A DNA stretch of 63,831 nucleotides, the filler included, from Sphacelaria rigidula (lineage: Eukaryota), in assembly GCA_964200075.2 (NCBI GenBank). It is 8 parts of 8 records of this genome, joined end to end, with 100 filler letters (N's around TTAATTAATTAA, not from the genome) between each part and the next. Parts side by side here need not be neighbours in the genome. Positions count along the whole stretch, not along the records: positions 1 to 7,893 come from CAXNAA020013078.1; positions 7,994 to 15,885 come from CAXNAA020013079.1; 6 more parts are not named here. One strand, given 5' to 3'. The position numbers and the translations under genes were made by a program. Under the pieces are notes generated by a model, which saw nothing but the letters and a program-made list of their open reading frames with translations, did not search any database and was not told where the DNA came from. Below are positions 1-12,540 of the stretch, piece after piece; the first letter of the stretch is position 1; each line of letters begins with the position of its first letter.

Positions 1-230
1 TTGAATGCCGCCACTAAAAATCGTTAAGGTGATGGTGTATGTCATGTGTTGAGGCGGTATGATGCTCACTTGATATCTAACTGCCAGGCTAACATTTCAT
101 TTTGGGGGGAAGAAGGGAGAAGGAGGAAAATATTTGTTGATGTGCAGGTCGGGAGAAAAGAGTTCGATACCCCCTTCCTGTATGTGTTTGTGTGTTGTAC
201 CGCGACTTCTTTTAAAAAATACCCTGACAG

Positions 231-416
231 GGTCGCGAGCGGGAGGAGTTCGACGAGGAGGTTACACGGCTACTGGAGGATCGCGGAGTACAGCTCGTTC
301 TTTGCGTGGGGTACATGCGGATTCTGTCGGGAGCGTTCTGCAGACGTTGGGCTGAGCGCTGCCTCAACGTACATCCTTCCTTGCTACCGGACTTTGCGGG
401 AGGCATGGACCTTGAG
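231..416 (+). CDS. purN: PurN-PurM fusion gene, first visible exon (GAR transformylase domain; gene is 5'-partial)
   Basis: cag|...|gtat boundaries. Translates GREREEFDEEVTRLLEDRGVQLVLCVGYMRILSGAFCRRWAERCLNVHPSLLPDFAGGMDLE, containing the PurN motifs GYMRIL and LNxHPSLLP. Not in the ORF track because it is an internal exon. Confidence 0.93.
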
Positions 417-1111
417 GTATTTTTTCCATGTCACTAGGATGAAGATATATTGTGGATCTTGTTATCTTAAGGGCAGGTGGGGACTTGGGTCTACTGGGCA
501 AAAGACGCAAAGGCAGAATCCCGTCGCGTCCATCACACTTTGTGCGGGGTAGTATTATAGTACTGCGTTCAGCGCGGCGGCCGTTTTTGCTAAGATCTTG
601 TGTCTTTGACAATGAAAGTGTGGCCCCTTGCTGGGAGTTGGTATATTTTGTGAGTCCTCTCGAGGATGGCAAGCATGGACACAGATCATACTCATTTATT
701 TACGCTCAAGTCATGACTTGTCCCACGACGCAACAGGGAGCTTGCCGGCTGTGTGTTCTGTGCTTTGTCGATCGCAACACAACCCGAACAATGGTAATGA
801 GACAACGTTACTGCTGTGTCTACGTCGAACTACTACCATGTTTCCCCCCTTACTTTCCATCGCCGTTGATGATTCGTCTTTTTACGGAAAATTAGCGCGA
901 TAGTATGGTCGCAGGTCATACCTTCGTTGGATTTCCCCTGTTGGATCCTCGTCACTTCCTGACATCGAGGTACCCAAGATATGATGACATTGACAAACAC
1001 GATTTTTATTTTCCCATCATGAAGTATCATGTCTGAGTCGGTGTTGTGTATCTGTCTGTGTCCATCTGTATGACCTCTGGGCTGGACATGGACGGCGCGT
1101 TGATACGACAG

Positions 1112-1258
1112 GTTCACAAGGCGGTGATAGCAGCGGGCAAGACTCGCTCGGGGTGCACCGTCCACCAGGTCACCGAGGAGGTCGATTCGGGCCCCATAGT
1201 GGTGCAAGAAGAGGTCGAGGTCACCCCGGAAGAAACGCCAGAGACCCTCAAAGCTAAG
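1112..1258 (+). CDS. purN: PurN-PurM fusion gene, exon 2 (GAR transformylase catalytic region)
   Basis: cag|...|gtaaac, phase 0. VHKAVIAAGKTRSGCTVHQVTEEVDSGPIVVQEEVEVTPEETPETLKAK contains the GxTVHxVxxxxDxGPI motif. Confidence 0.95.
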
Positions 1259-2214
1259 GTAAACTACGAAATTTGTAGGCCGCACTCTCCCTCCGCACAC
1301 GTAGACCTAAATCAGCGCATGTCTGAACCTGAAAAAAAATCAGTACCCGTACTTGGGGGAGACGGGGGGGGGGGGGGGGGCTCTCGGGATTGGGTACCCT
1401 GATATAATGTGAAATTTTCACGGAAATGTTCTGGATGTGAGCATGATTTGGCGTTTTCCTTTTTCCTTTGCAAGAAGCTATTTCGCCAAACTGCGATATT
1501 CTACGACCCGCGTGCGCGCGGAAGAGGCTGCGAGTGGCACGAACGATCGATCGTTCCATACTTGCTTTTTTCGCACACGCACATCAGCGCGTGTACACAG
1601 GCAGCCAGGTATATGCAAGAAGCGCAAGCAGTGCAGTGGGTGCAATGGTTGCCTGCCTACCTGGCGTGCATCCACCACAGTCAACACCCAGCAAGCAGCT
1701 GTTCTCAAACGGCGTATAGTCGCGATGAACGCACAAGCGACAGGTGGCGCTGTACCGTAGTAGTGACGGTGCTTTCTTCCTCCTAACTGTTATTTTGTGA
1801 GAGAAGCCAAATAAGAACGCCAGCCGAAAACTGGCATCGCTCGCTGTTCAATATGTCGGTGTTCCAGCACCATTTTGTTGTCCCAACACTGCTTGTGTCA
1901 TCAACAATCCCTCCACCCCAACATGTACCACGCTCTAGACTACTACAATGCTGACGCCGTGTGCGCCTACTACGGGATGCATGTGGCCCCAGTGCTTTCT
2001 GCCCAACCCCAAGATCATTTTCAACAAGCGAGAGCTGATGTGCAGGCAACTCACATGAGTCTCCGCGCGTGATTTTCTTATTTGTCCAGAATATCAAAGA
2101 AAAAAAAGAATCATCCAGCCTATCTACCGAAAATGGGCTGATCGTCGATTTCCCTGATGGCATTTTTGTTCTTCTTGTTCTGGAAAAGTATCTATCTTCA
2201 GTGGCATGACCTGC

Positions 2215-2575
2215 GAACGTGAAAAGCAAAACTGATTCAACTGACAAGAGTCGACGCAGTGCGGGAGTGTGGGTCATGATTCATTCCGCGGTACTCAAAA
2301 TTGCAAGGCGTGTAGCGGGGTAGAAGCGGGTTGATCCCGTAAGACCACGGACTCCGAAAGGAGGAGGTTTTGAAATTCTGCCCTCCAAAAGAGGGGAATA
2401 TGGACGTACAAGGAGTAAAACGTACCCTTTGGCGCGCGATCACAACTGACCAAAGACCTCAGGGTGCACAAAAAGAGTATGGTGGTGACTCGTTACGCTC
2501 TGGGAGAGGGGGGCGCTTGCTTAGTCACTGGTCCCATTCGTGCATCCTGGCATGAAGTTCTCCCTTTCCTGTAGG
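2215..2575 (+). mobile_element. SINE-like repeat body (5'-truncated) in a purN-purM intron
   Basis: gcgggagtg...aaaattgcaaggcgtgtagcgggg...gatcccgtaagaccacggact matches the body of the tRNA-headed copy at 31165-31590. Ends are approximate. Confidence 0.6.
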
Positions 2576-3016
2576 ATTTGCAGTACATAAAATACTGCAG
2601 CCCATACTATGCGCCTTGCCGTGCTACGGTAGAGGTTAGGTGGCGGCATGTGCGCCACTGCACTGCACAGAGGACTGAAGAACTCTAAAAAACAAAAAAA
2701 ACTGATGAATTTACGGTATGCGTTGCAACTGCGTGACCCAGGTGCACTTCCAGCGAGCTGTCTTTTTGAACGCGCAGAGCTGTTTCATGTGCGCGTTCTC
2801 TTCTCTTTCTTGTCTTCTGTTGTTCCGCAACACTTATTTTTGTCTTGACCTTTCCTTCATTCTACCACCTTTTCCTCAACTTTTGTTCACTCACATCTGT
2901 ACGCGTAAGTATGGAGGATGACCCGCGGGTGGGAAAAACAGTTTCGAGAGGGTTGAAAATAAAATATCGACACACACACATATTAGAGGATGATCCACGC
3001 GCCGTCATATCACCAG

Positions 3017-3316
3017 GTACAAGCGAGGGAGGGTCCGGCGTTCCTGGAAGCGATCGCGGCTTTCATCGAGGAACGAAAAGAAGGGAAACAGCAGCAACCG
3101 CCTAGGGTAAGCTACAAAGACGCCGGTGTGGATATCGACGCGGGAAACGCTCTAGTGGAGCGTATCAAGCCGGCGTGCAAGTCGACCAAGCGCCCCGGCT
3201 GCGACAGCGACCTTGGCGGGTTCGGAGGACTGTTCGACCTGTCGGCCGCGGGATACAGCGATGGGAAGGACACGGTGTTGGTGGGCGCAACCGACGGTGT
3301 TGGCACCAAGCTCAAG
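3017..3316 (+). CDS. purM: PurN-PurM fusion gene, exon 3 (end of PurN, linker, start of AIR synthetase)
   Basis: cag|...|gtgac, phase 0. The PurN C-terminal helix [13 protein letters not shown] runs in frame into the PurM start [20 protein letters not shown]...GGFGGLFDL...[11 protein letters not shown]. Confidence 0.95.
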
Positions 3317-4046
3317 GTGACTTCATGTCCGATGTCCTTTGTCTCCTGTCGAAATTTGCTCCTTTCTTTTCTGCACATTAATTATGTTGTACTTTTTTTT
3401 ATTTCACATGCGGTGTCTTTTTGTACTGCACTTACTGGGTGTGTATTTACCGGAGCCGCACCTGCCGCTCCGTGTCGGATTCTATTTCTTGCGTTCTGTT
3501 GAAAAAAAATGTCTGAATTGGGTAGGGAGTCGACCTGCTTGCTTTGTTTCTGTTCTGGTTGGCAATCAATACATATCACGTTGTTGGCTTCGGCCGCATG
3601 CAACAGTTCTCCCTCTCTCTATTTTTTTATCACGATCGCCTAGGTGCTAGCGGTTGAACCATTTTTTTTTAGTGTTCCGCGTTCGTGTTGACACATGTAC
3701 GAAGGGTAGTGCTCGAGAGAGAGGGAGGGCTCAAACGCGGGGGCGTAAAGGTGCGAGAGGCGCCGTGTACGCCGTCTCTGACCCACAGTTGTTTCAAGTC
3801 TTGTGCGCACTCTCTTCTGTTTCTTGTTGGGGTTGCTCGTAGCACGTCTTGGATTATAAATATCGCTGAGGTGTGCGCGCCTGTCGGCCTTCTGTGCTAG
3901 TAGTAGCGGACGCCATGGACGTTTATTGCTCTGTTTCCGTTATATACGTTTATTTGGGTGGATGTGTTGACTGTAAGTTGATGCTCGCTTCCTCCAATTT
4001 CTTACAACTCTAACGAACCTCCACGTGTTCATGGACCATACGCCAG

Positions 4047-4184
4047 GTTGCACAAATCGCGGGTGACCACAGCGGGGTGGGCATTGATCTGGTGGCGATG
4101 TGTGTAAATGACCTCATCGTGGCGGGTGCAGAACCCCTGTTTTTCCTCGACTACTACGCCACGGGCAAGCTCTCCGTCGCCGAG
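4047..4184 (+). CDS. purM: PurN-PurM fusion gene, exon 4 (AIR synthetase)
   Basis: cag|...|gtgaat, phase 0. [46 protein letters not shown] is a canonical PurM motif. Confidence 0.95.
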
Positions 4185-4277
4185 GTGAATAGTGATATCT
4201 TGTACATACGAGATCGGTGATCAACATCGCCATAATAGTTGGGGTAGCGTTGGAATATATAGCGGCTCCCCCCCTTG

Positions 4278-4373
4278 TGGCTCTATCAGGGGTAGGAACG
4301 GTGCTCCGTCTCGAAAGGGATGCGTGGTCAGTGGTGAAACGACTCAGGCGAGCAACAAAAGAGTACGTCCCCT
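4278..4373 (+). mobile_element. Non-LTR retrotransposon 3' fragment, family A (C-run associated)
   Basis: gtaggaacggtgctccgtctcgaaagggatgcgtggtc...gagtacgtcccc recurs at about 24041, 31969 and 47951. Flanked by the 11-bp direct repeat TCCCCCCCTTG (4267-4277 and 4374-4384). Confidence 0.8.
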
Positions 4374-4695
4374 TCCCCCCCTTGCAGTCACTGGTCGGCT
4401 GATCCGTTCGCTGCGTGTTGATGGTGGAATAAGTTGTCGCGTCTGTTGAATTTCGATGGCGCGAGAAAAATCTGATGAAACCCAGTTATCTAAGCTAGGA
4501 GTTGCTCTCTGGAGGGATCAGAACGTGAAAAAAAATGCAGCATCTTTTCCTTCCACAAAGACCACGCGAGAGTGTGCGCCATGCACATTTGACTGCTTCC
4601 CGTCATATTCAATTCCCCCCCTCCTTTCCCCCGCGTGCGCGAAACAACCTCCCATTTTCACGTCCACAAACCACCTCACTCCCTCATCAATTCAG

Positions 4696-5475
4696 GCCGC
4701 AACCGTAGTCGAAAGCATAGCGGAGGGCTGCCGCCAGGCCAACTGCGGTCTCATCGGAGGCGAGACAGCAGAAATGCCTTCCATGTACCCTCCCGGAGAG
4801 TACGATCTGGCGGGCTTCAGCGTGGGTGCCGTCTCGCGCGCCGCCGTTCTCCCGCGCCCCCTGGCCGCCGGCGACATCATCCTCGGCCTCCGCTCGTCGG
4901 GAATCCACAGTAACGGCTTCAGCCTGGTCCGCAAGATCGTCGAGCTCAAGGGTCTTCGCTACAGCGACCCCGCTCCGTTTGAGTTGGATGGTGGTGCCGG
5001 TGGCGGTGATGAAGTGGAGACACCACTGCCACCGAAGATGACGCTGGCCGAAGCGCTGCTCGTGCCGACGCGCATATACGTGCGCGCGCTCATGCCCCTC
5101 CTGCGAGCGGGAATCGTGAAGGCGCTTGCGCATATCACGGGCGGGGGACTCCCAGAGAATATTCCTCGGGTTCTAGGCGCCGATCTGGCGGCAAGGCTCC
5201 GCGCGGGTGGAGGCCGGGGCGGGGAGGGGAGGGCCTGGGAGCTGCCCGAGATATTCCGGTGGCTGCGTGATGCTGGGGGCCTAGAGCAGGAAGAATTGCT
5301 CAGGACGCTCAACTGTGGAATAGGGATGGTGGTGGTCGTCGCTCCCGAGCGCGCGGACGAGGCGAGGAGGCTCTTGAAGGAGGCTGGCGAGCATGGGTTT
5401 GTAGAACTAGGGGTTATTGAGCAGCGGGGAGGACCGGATGCGCCCCAGGTTGTCGTAGAAGGGCAGCTGGGTTGA
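4696..5475 (+). CDS. purM: PurN-PurM fusion gene, last exon (AIR synthetase C-terminal domain)
   Basis: ttcag| acceptor. Motifs LIGGETAEMP, YDLAGF, SSGIHSNGFSLVRK, AHITGGGLPENIPR and RTLNCGIGM; ends at TGA 5473-5475. Confidence 0.96.
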   Translation, partial: AATVVESIAEGCRQANCGLIGGETAEMPSMYPPGEYDLAGFSVGAVSRAAVLPRPLAAGDIILGLRSSGIHSNGFSLVRKIVELKGLRYSDPAPFELDGGAGGGDEVETPLPPKMTLAEALLVPTRIYVRALMPLLRAGIVKALAHITGGGLPENIPRVLGADLAARLRAGGGRGGEGRAWELPEIFRWLRDAGGLEQEELLRTLNCGIGMVVVVAPERADEARRLLKEAGEHGFVELGVIEQRGGPDAPQVVVEGQLG

Positions 5476-6984
5476 CGAGAAGGCGCATGGGCGCCGTGTG
5501 TGTGTGAGTATATAGTAACGGGGGGGGGGTCGGGGGGTAGAGTATGAAATGTGTGTGAAATTCTGTGCTCTTTTGCAGGCCGTCATCGTCGCGATGAGGC
5601 TTTCAGACTCGGGGGGAGGCTGGGTGGTGGCGTGGTGGGGATATGCCTTGTGCCGGTATCGTGCTTTCTCCTTGACGGGGTGGAGGGGTTCGCAAGGGTT
5701 TGGGAGTCGTACTGTTGTTGCGATGAGTTTTAGACGCAAGACTCCTCCAGTAGCACACAGCTAAGCCCTTATACGATTTTGAGGAGGCGATCACTATTGC
5801 TGCGTTTTTTTGTCAATTTTCGGCGACGAGTCGAATGATGGACTCTCAGGTTCATTTCGAAATAAACGCCGGTCAAGTCAAAGACGGCCGAACGATTTTC
5901 GACATTCTTATCCGTTCCCGTGTGTCCGTAATATGGAGACGACAAAAGTGTGCGCCCCCTTCAACGCTGCTCGGCGAATGATGTCCCTGCTTGCGGGTTA
6001 CTGCAGTCCCTTGTCCCTTAGAGGCTTCGACGGAAGGGTTTTCTTTTTCGTCCGAGTATTGTAGCAGGGGGGCATTGCTCCTCAGTACAGTACTTTGTGC
6101 TGTTTCTTTTTTCAGAAATGCCTGTTCGTGGACAGGTGGCGATTTCCTTCAGGTGAGTGCAGGGGTGAGCAACTTTACACAGCCTGACGAGGTACAGCTC
6201 GCTCTGCCGAGGTCCCCGTGCAGAGGAGACAAGATCACGCGCCGCTCGACTTTCGTCGAGAAATGTCGAACAGGGGCTTTTCCCCCTGCCGCCGAAGCTA
6301 TGTGCAACAGACGGTCTAGATTTTGACCCTTTGCAGAACGAGAACAGTCTTCATTTCCATATCGCAATGGGTTCGTCCGCATCACATCTCATGTACGGAG
6401 TATGATTATTATTCTGCGGAACACTGGAGTTACAAAGAAGATCCGGAAACACATCCATCGTGACTAGAAGATATCGTTTTCCTTCTCGACACACATGTCA
6501 CAAACCTGGGACGGTAAGAAACGAAACAGCTACGTCGCCATCACCCCCCCCCCCCCCCCCCCCCCAAAACACCCACCCCCCCCCCCCCCCCACACGCACC
6601 CCCGCCCCCCCCCACCCCCCCCCGCCNNNNNNNNNNAAAATCATCTTTTCCCTCCACCCCACCCATCACAAAACCGGGGTCGGAAAAAAACAAAAAACCC
6701 CCCGCCCCCCCCCCCCCCCCCCCCCCCGCCCGTGAAGAGTCAACGGCGACACGTTGGCAACTGCCTATTGGCGCTTTCCCAAGCACGCGCACACACCAAA
6801 AGCGTACGACGCAAAATTTGGAAGACAAGATGCCCACCTCGCTCAACCATACATCACAGGCTAGGTAAACAGACGAAAAAAATGGTAAACTCTCCGTTAC
6901 ACCAAGTCACAAGCAAAAGCACGAGCGGCTTGCCCACGCAGCGTGGTGACCCAACGGAACGACGCCACCTGGTGGCAGTGCTCC

Positions 6985-7412
6985 GCACCAAACACGAGAT
7001 TTTACGAAGTGAGGATGGATTTGTCTCGAGAATGGACGTTGGGAATCTTCATAAGCATCGCATTATTTCCAAAACAAAATTACAAATGCACCCTCCGGCC
7101 GTGATGTGCGGCCTAGCTCATCTTCAAAAGCAACTGTCCGCAATCTGTGAGATCCCGTGAATAAACCCAACGAAGTCGACCTCCGTTCATTTCCGTATAA
7201 AACCTCTTCTTATTTGTCACAACCCCGTGGTGACATGAGATTTCACAAGTTGTGGACGGATTCTCCTTTTTAGGGTGAGCGAGACCACACATCACGAACA
7301 GATAGTGTATTTGCATGTTATTTTCGAGAATATTACGATGTTTATCAACGTTCTCGAGGTTAATCCTCAAAAAGCAAAATCCACCCTCAATTTGTAATAT
7401 TTTGTGATACTT
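6985..7412. repeat. Long imperfect inverted repeat (foldback or MITE-like)
   Basis: The arms pair, e.g. gtgatgtgcggcctagctca with tgagcgagaccacacatcac, and ctcgagaa with ttctcgag. The plus and minus ORFs here give similar peptides (VMCGLAH...CEI). Confidence 0.75.
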
Positions 7413-7893
7413 GAAAAAAATCCGCTAGGCACTCCGTTAAGGGCATCATCAGTCACACTTGAGTAAACATATCTTCAGGTACTTGGGCACACATAATATT
7501 ATGTTGTTACTTGTATCGTGAAAAAAAACTCCCTGCATGGTTCAGGCCGACAACAGCAGATGGCCGCATGAAAAACGCAAAAGCAATGATCACCTACAAC
7601 ACATCTTTCGGCCAGCAGAAGGACGTATTCTTCTCGTATCAGGTACCCTAGCTGCTCATCAAATGCGTTCCACAAAGCTGTACAGTATATTTTGCATGCT
7701 GCGAACGGGAAACGATTGCGCTGAGTGATTCGATTGTAACATCAGGCGATCCGCCACGAAAAATCCAGACGTGGTGACAAGAACAGAGATACACGGCACC
7801 AACAAAAAAAAAAAAAAAAAGCGACAACGGAAGAGGCCCCCGCGCAAAGGGGGAGGAAAAAAAAAGAAATAAACTGCCGAGGGCGAAAAAAGA

Positions 7894-7993
7894 NNNNNNN
7901 NNNNNNNNNNNNNNNNNNNNNNNNNNNNNNNNNNNNNTTAATTAATTAANNNNNNNNNNNNNNNNNNNNNNNNNNNNNNNNNNNNNNNNNNNN
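7894..7993. other. Artificial 100-bp contig spacer (N...TTAATTAATTAA...N); identical spacers start at 15886, 23878, 31869, 39860, 47851 and 55842
   Basis: A six-frame stop linker inside Ns, recurring every 7991-7992 bp. Contig lengths fall from 7893 to 7890. Confidence 0.97.
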
Positions 7994-8146
7994 CACAAAA
8001 ACAAACCAAAAAATCGACCGAGAAGTGCTCGGTTTCGGTTCGTTTTTTTTCGGTTTTTTTTTTTTAAAACGACCGAAACCGACCGACTTTTTCGAGAAAA
8101 AACGAAAAACCGACCGAGCCATTTTCAGCTTCGGTTCACAACACTG
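7994..8146. mobile_element. Right end of a hAT-like non-autonomous element
   Basis: Clustered AACCG/CGGTT subterminal repeats ending in ...ttcggttcacaacactg (reverse complement CAGTGTTGTGAACCG). The other end is lost at the contig edge. Confidence 0.6.
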
Positions 8147-8864
8147 ACGTACAGACATATGCGAAATACTACAATGTATCATAGCGGTCACCACACCAAA
8201 TGGAGGGAACAGGCACCCCGCAATATCAAGAAAACTTGTGTCCTGTGTCCTATACACAGCACTTACTCGATGCGGGTGCTTAACTTCTGTACCGTAGAGC
8301 GGTGTCTTGGCTGGGTACAGAAACATTACAAGATCATGGAGGCAGGTGATCGTGAGTGAAACGTGGTTCACTCGAAACGGAAGCAATTAACCCGCGTTTT
8401 GTTTTGACACCACAGGGTGAAGCAGTCTTACGCAAAAAAAAAGTCTGACGCCAAGATTCCCGCATACAAAAATCATAGGCACCTCATGTGTCTTCCCGGT
8501 TCGTCAGGGTTAGGCACTGTATTTTCAGTACAAATCAAGGGTTATTTTGCTTGTGGATTTCTCCGCCGTGTCTGTTTGAACCAGCCTGAAACTTGGCACA
8601 GAGGTAGGTAGGCCACAACACGCAGACAGCATAGTCCCGGAGCGGCACGTTTCACGTGGTGCGCTAGTTGCACGAAGCAAAAGACGGATTTTGGGCAATG
8701 CCGTCGATACGCCCTCAACACGCAGTCCCCTCGGCCCAGACTGCGTGAGACGTCAGTGGATGCATATGTTGACACGCAGATACGCTCACTTCCTGCTGGG
8801 TGGCTCCTGCCCCGGCAAACGAACACATCGATCCGTATTGCGCAGCCATGGATGATGTCATTTT

Positions 8865-9095
8865 ACGCGGTACCCATCTTGGTATCGCCTGTATAGGTGC
8901 TCTCTTCAGGAGACACGGCCGTTCAAGCGCTGTCAGTGCTTCAAGCGCTGTCAGTGCTTTTACGTGCTGAAAATTCGACCACATGTCATGTCGACTACAG
9001 ACAACAACCCCATATTGCTGAATCTGGGGTTGCGTGGTGGGTGCGTGCGTATTGGAGTGAAAAGATGTCGGATTCTGTTCCGAATTTGTTTTCTG
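8865..9095 (+). repeat. Dispersed repeat, homologous to 29380-29590
   Basis: Both copies share the blocks ggtatcgcctgta, gcgctgtca, catgtcatgt, ctgaatctggg and tgttccga in the same order. Confidence 0.65.
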
Positions 9096-10921
9096 TTTTT
9101 TTTTTTGCGTAAGACTGGAAGGGTCCACCTAACTCTAGGCTATCGCTTGCGGCAGTCCGAAACATCTCTGACTTTACTCTGCCGCGTGGAGTCGTTCGCA
9201 TATGTAGTTCGTAGCTCGCTAACTTTGAGTCGCGTGCCCGTAGTCCTGATTACCCGATGGGCAAATCGCGCATTGCATGCAGCCTAACGGACAACGCCCC
9301 GGAGATTCAACGGAGTGTAACCCTTTCTCCCTGCTGTCAAGTGTCGAGATTTTCGTGCCTATTAAGCACATGCTTCGGCGCCACTTTTCTGCTAACGGAC
9401 ATTCCGATTGCATGTTCGTCCCGTGCTCCGTCTGCAAACTCCCCGTTCTCCCGCGTACAGATATGTGCCACTCCACTCAAAAAGACCGTTCGGAGCAAGG
9501 AAGGGCGTCGATGCACACTCCCCTCTTCTGGCACACAAAGAGATTTCTCCTCGCGTCATCGGCACCACAGACCCAGCGGGCGACACAGATTTGCGTCGAA
9601 GGTGAGTAAACTCTTCGGTAGTATAGCGTGCTTCGGTATACAGCAAGTTGCCGGAAAGTTGGCTAGATCGAATGTTGCCGCGCTGTTAGGTTTCATGTTC
9701 TCGACACACTGAGAGTTCAACAGTCAAAACGTGATACACTGAAAGTTCGATATTCAATTATTCATGATGACGCACTGTAGTAATAACAGTGTTTGTCCTC
9801 AGGAGAACCTTGCTGGGATTGTGGTGTTCATGTATGCACTATATACCGTTTTCCCGACATCATGATCTACCGTCGCCATTATGCTCACCTCACTTTAGAA
9901 CGTCCATGTTGTCGACGAGTCGAATACTTCCCGTCCGATCCATTTCGCCCGGAGGCGGCGAGGACTTTTCACTCCTTTCATGTCATGATTTTCGAGCATC
10001 CCGTTCGCGGGCGGGCGGCTACGTGTAGATGGCGTTGCATTAGGCATCATTCTTACCAAGGGAGCTGCCATAACATTCTTGTTATGGCTCTTCAATCTAC
10101 GATGTTACCAAATACAATCTTGCTCTACTGAATTGTGCATGTATGAGGTGAGAGGATACCTTAGCAAGACGGGGCAGTTAGTTGGCAGCCCAATGGGATC
10201 ACACAGTGTTCGCTATCAATGGTCATGTATTTCCCCAAAACCAGTCCAAAACCGTCACGAAGGAAATTGTGATATGCAGCGCCTGATGTTGGGTTTCAGC
10301 CTGCATGCAGCGTCTCTATATGTGCGAGATTGACGAAAACGAACCCAGGCGTAGGAATTCCTAGCTGCCTGCTTTGCTCGGCCTTTTTCATTTTGTTTCA
10401 CAACATACAGGTAGATTTTGCCTCCCCAAACCAGACACTTGTTCGCGGGGGGCTATCGTAGAAACCGTCCAGAATACAATCTGGGGCGGGAGGGAAAAGT
10501 CTGGGGATTCTCTTCTATCGCCACGAAGAGCTCACTTTTCGAGTCGGCACCAGGGCTATAAATTTCCCGCAGCCTCCGCCTGGGCTTGCGCAGAAACGTG
10601 GAGCGTCGGAGACGAGTCGTGGAGAATCATGCAACATGGGGGCCCAATCCCATGTGCACATTTTCTTCTCATGTTGCCGCAGATCACCCCTGGGATTTTC
10701 AGGTCCCAATAGTACCGTTCCGGGCCCGTTTTGACCGAACAAGGAAAGTGAGAACGCGCCACTAGAGTGAGTGATTCTGGCATTTTTCCGGGGGGTGGGG
10801 TTCTCTCTGGGTTTTTCAACTGGTTTCCCATCAGCTCTCAACCAAGCAGAAAGACAAGGGGAAAAAACGAAAACGCCAAAATCATTTTCCCTCTCACGGC
10901 GCCTTCTCAGTTTCCTTGTCT

Positions 10922-11027
10922 CAAACCCTTTGGCAGCGAGGGTAGGTCATCCGGGCCAGTAGTACTCATTTTTGATCGAAAAGAAACCGATTCAATAGAT
11001 GTCCTACCATGGCGTGAAGGGGTAAAC
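10922..11027. mobile_element. Single degenerate copy of the ~100-bp piggyBac-like mini-element
   Basis: aaaccctttggcagcgagggtaggtcatc...ctaccatggcgtgaaggggtaaa resembles the array units at 12334-14181 and 27975-28938. Confidence 0.55.
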
Positions 11028-11529
11028 GCCCTTTAAACCTGGTTTTTGTGTGCGGACAAAAAAAATACCCGTTCGTAGATCTCCACCGTTGTATTGAGTT
11101 ATATTCACAGCTTTCCCCGCCTCGTTTTGTTGGCTTTCATGGCACCCAACCCCCTGGTACGGAAGATACTACCCGCACAGTATAAAATAATGTTCCACGG
11201 CATGACTCCCCATTTCACAACAACAGGTTTCGCCAAGTACGGCGCCGCAGACACCGATTTGAACGAAATCAACGCTCACATTGCCTCCGAAACGAGAGAC
11301 CCGGTGCCCGAGGGTTAGAGGTGCGCAATCAATGAGGCTCATGTTATCTCATCTGTTGGGGACAGCGCCACGAAACAGATGGGCGAGGATCGGGTTGACG
11401 GGAATTTCGTCTCAGCCTTTCCGACTCTTGAGAATTTTTTATCCGACTTGAAGCAAAAAATACCGGTGAAATCCACTGCTAGGTTTTCTCTCAAGTAGAC
11501 CTGAAGCAATATTCGTCTGGTTAATACTT

Positions 11530-11745
11530 GATTTTGCTTGATTTCGGAGTGACCACATATATTTGAATCTTTGGAGGGTCTGGCGGTCCCAAGTGCTCCT
11601 AACTCGTCCCGGACGCGTTTTCGTCCAAATTCGGTGCCGCCGGCGCCGATTTGCGGTCTGCAACGCTCACTTTGTCCGAGGTTTTTCGGTATGCCTTGCT
11701 TGGTCGTTGTGAGGGCTAGGCTTAGCGTTGGGGTTAGCGGCACCT
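11530..11745 (-). repeat. Telomere-repeat-headed dispersed repeat family, copy 1
   Basis: Reverse complement ctaaccccaacgctaagcctagccc...ggcataccgaaaaacctcggacaa...aaatcggcgcc...aaaacgcgt...ccaaagatt matches 61765-62000. Confidence 0.65.
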
Positions 11746-12540
11746 CCATAGCTTCACCCAGTGTTGAGAACATTTCTTTAGATCGCCTCAGATTTTCCGA
11801 GTAATTTGTAGTCATCACAATGTTCTACCCCTCGACGTTCGGCAGGGAAGGCTTTTCCCCGAAACATTCCGGGTTCGAGAGATCGGACTAATCTGCGGAA
11901 ATAATAACAATAATAGTTCCGAAGCACCGTCCCGTTAAGGATCACGGTCGCGATGGTAGTGCATCTGTGTCACGTGTGATTTTCTTGAAGCGAAATTGAT
12001 GCCGGTTTCTTGAGTGAAATTGGTGCCGATCCATCAGACTACCTACGCTCGCGGTCAAAGGTTCAATGACGACCCTTTGCTGTGGTGACGATCCAGATCT
12101 GTTTTATTGTTCCCGAAATGCAGTGATGGCGTCAGAGCGTGTCAAAAGCTTTCGACAAAATCGAAAAACAACGGGATGATCCCCAATGGAAGTTGGTTCC
12201 TGTCAAGATCGTTCGAGATGCAAGCACGCGCCCATCAGTTCAAACCATGAACCGTGGATCCATGCAGATCATATAGCTTAGAGCTTCACTGAATAAAAGG
12301 TGCTCGGACTGGGTGCGTTTGATTGGTCGAGCATTAACGCTTGGGTAGCGAGGGTAGCTCATATATTGAATCGGCATCAATTTCACTCGAAAAAGGTATG
12401 CATGATCCAGATGGAATGCCCTCGCGGTCTGGACAGTGATACTAGGTCATCTATTGAATCAAAATCAATTTAATTTGAAAAACGTGTGCATAATCCTGAT
12501 CGACTTCCCTCGCGGTCCTAACCCCTAGACCGCGAGGGTA

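Noticed and set aside
6460-6846. Pro-rich and Gly-rich ORFs
   Set aside because: Products of low-quality poly-C sequence around a small N gap.
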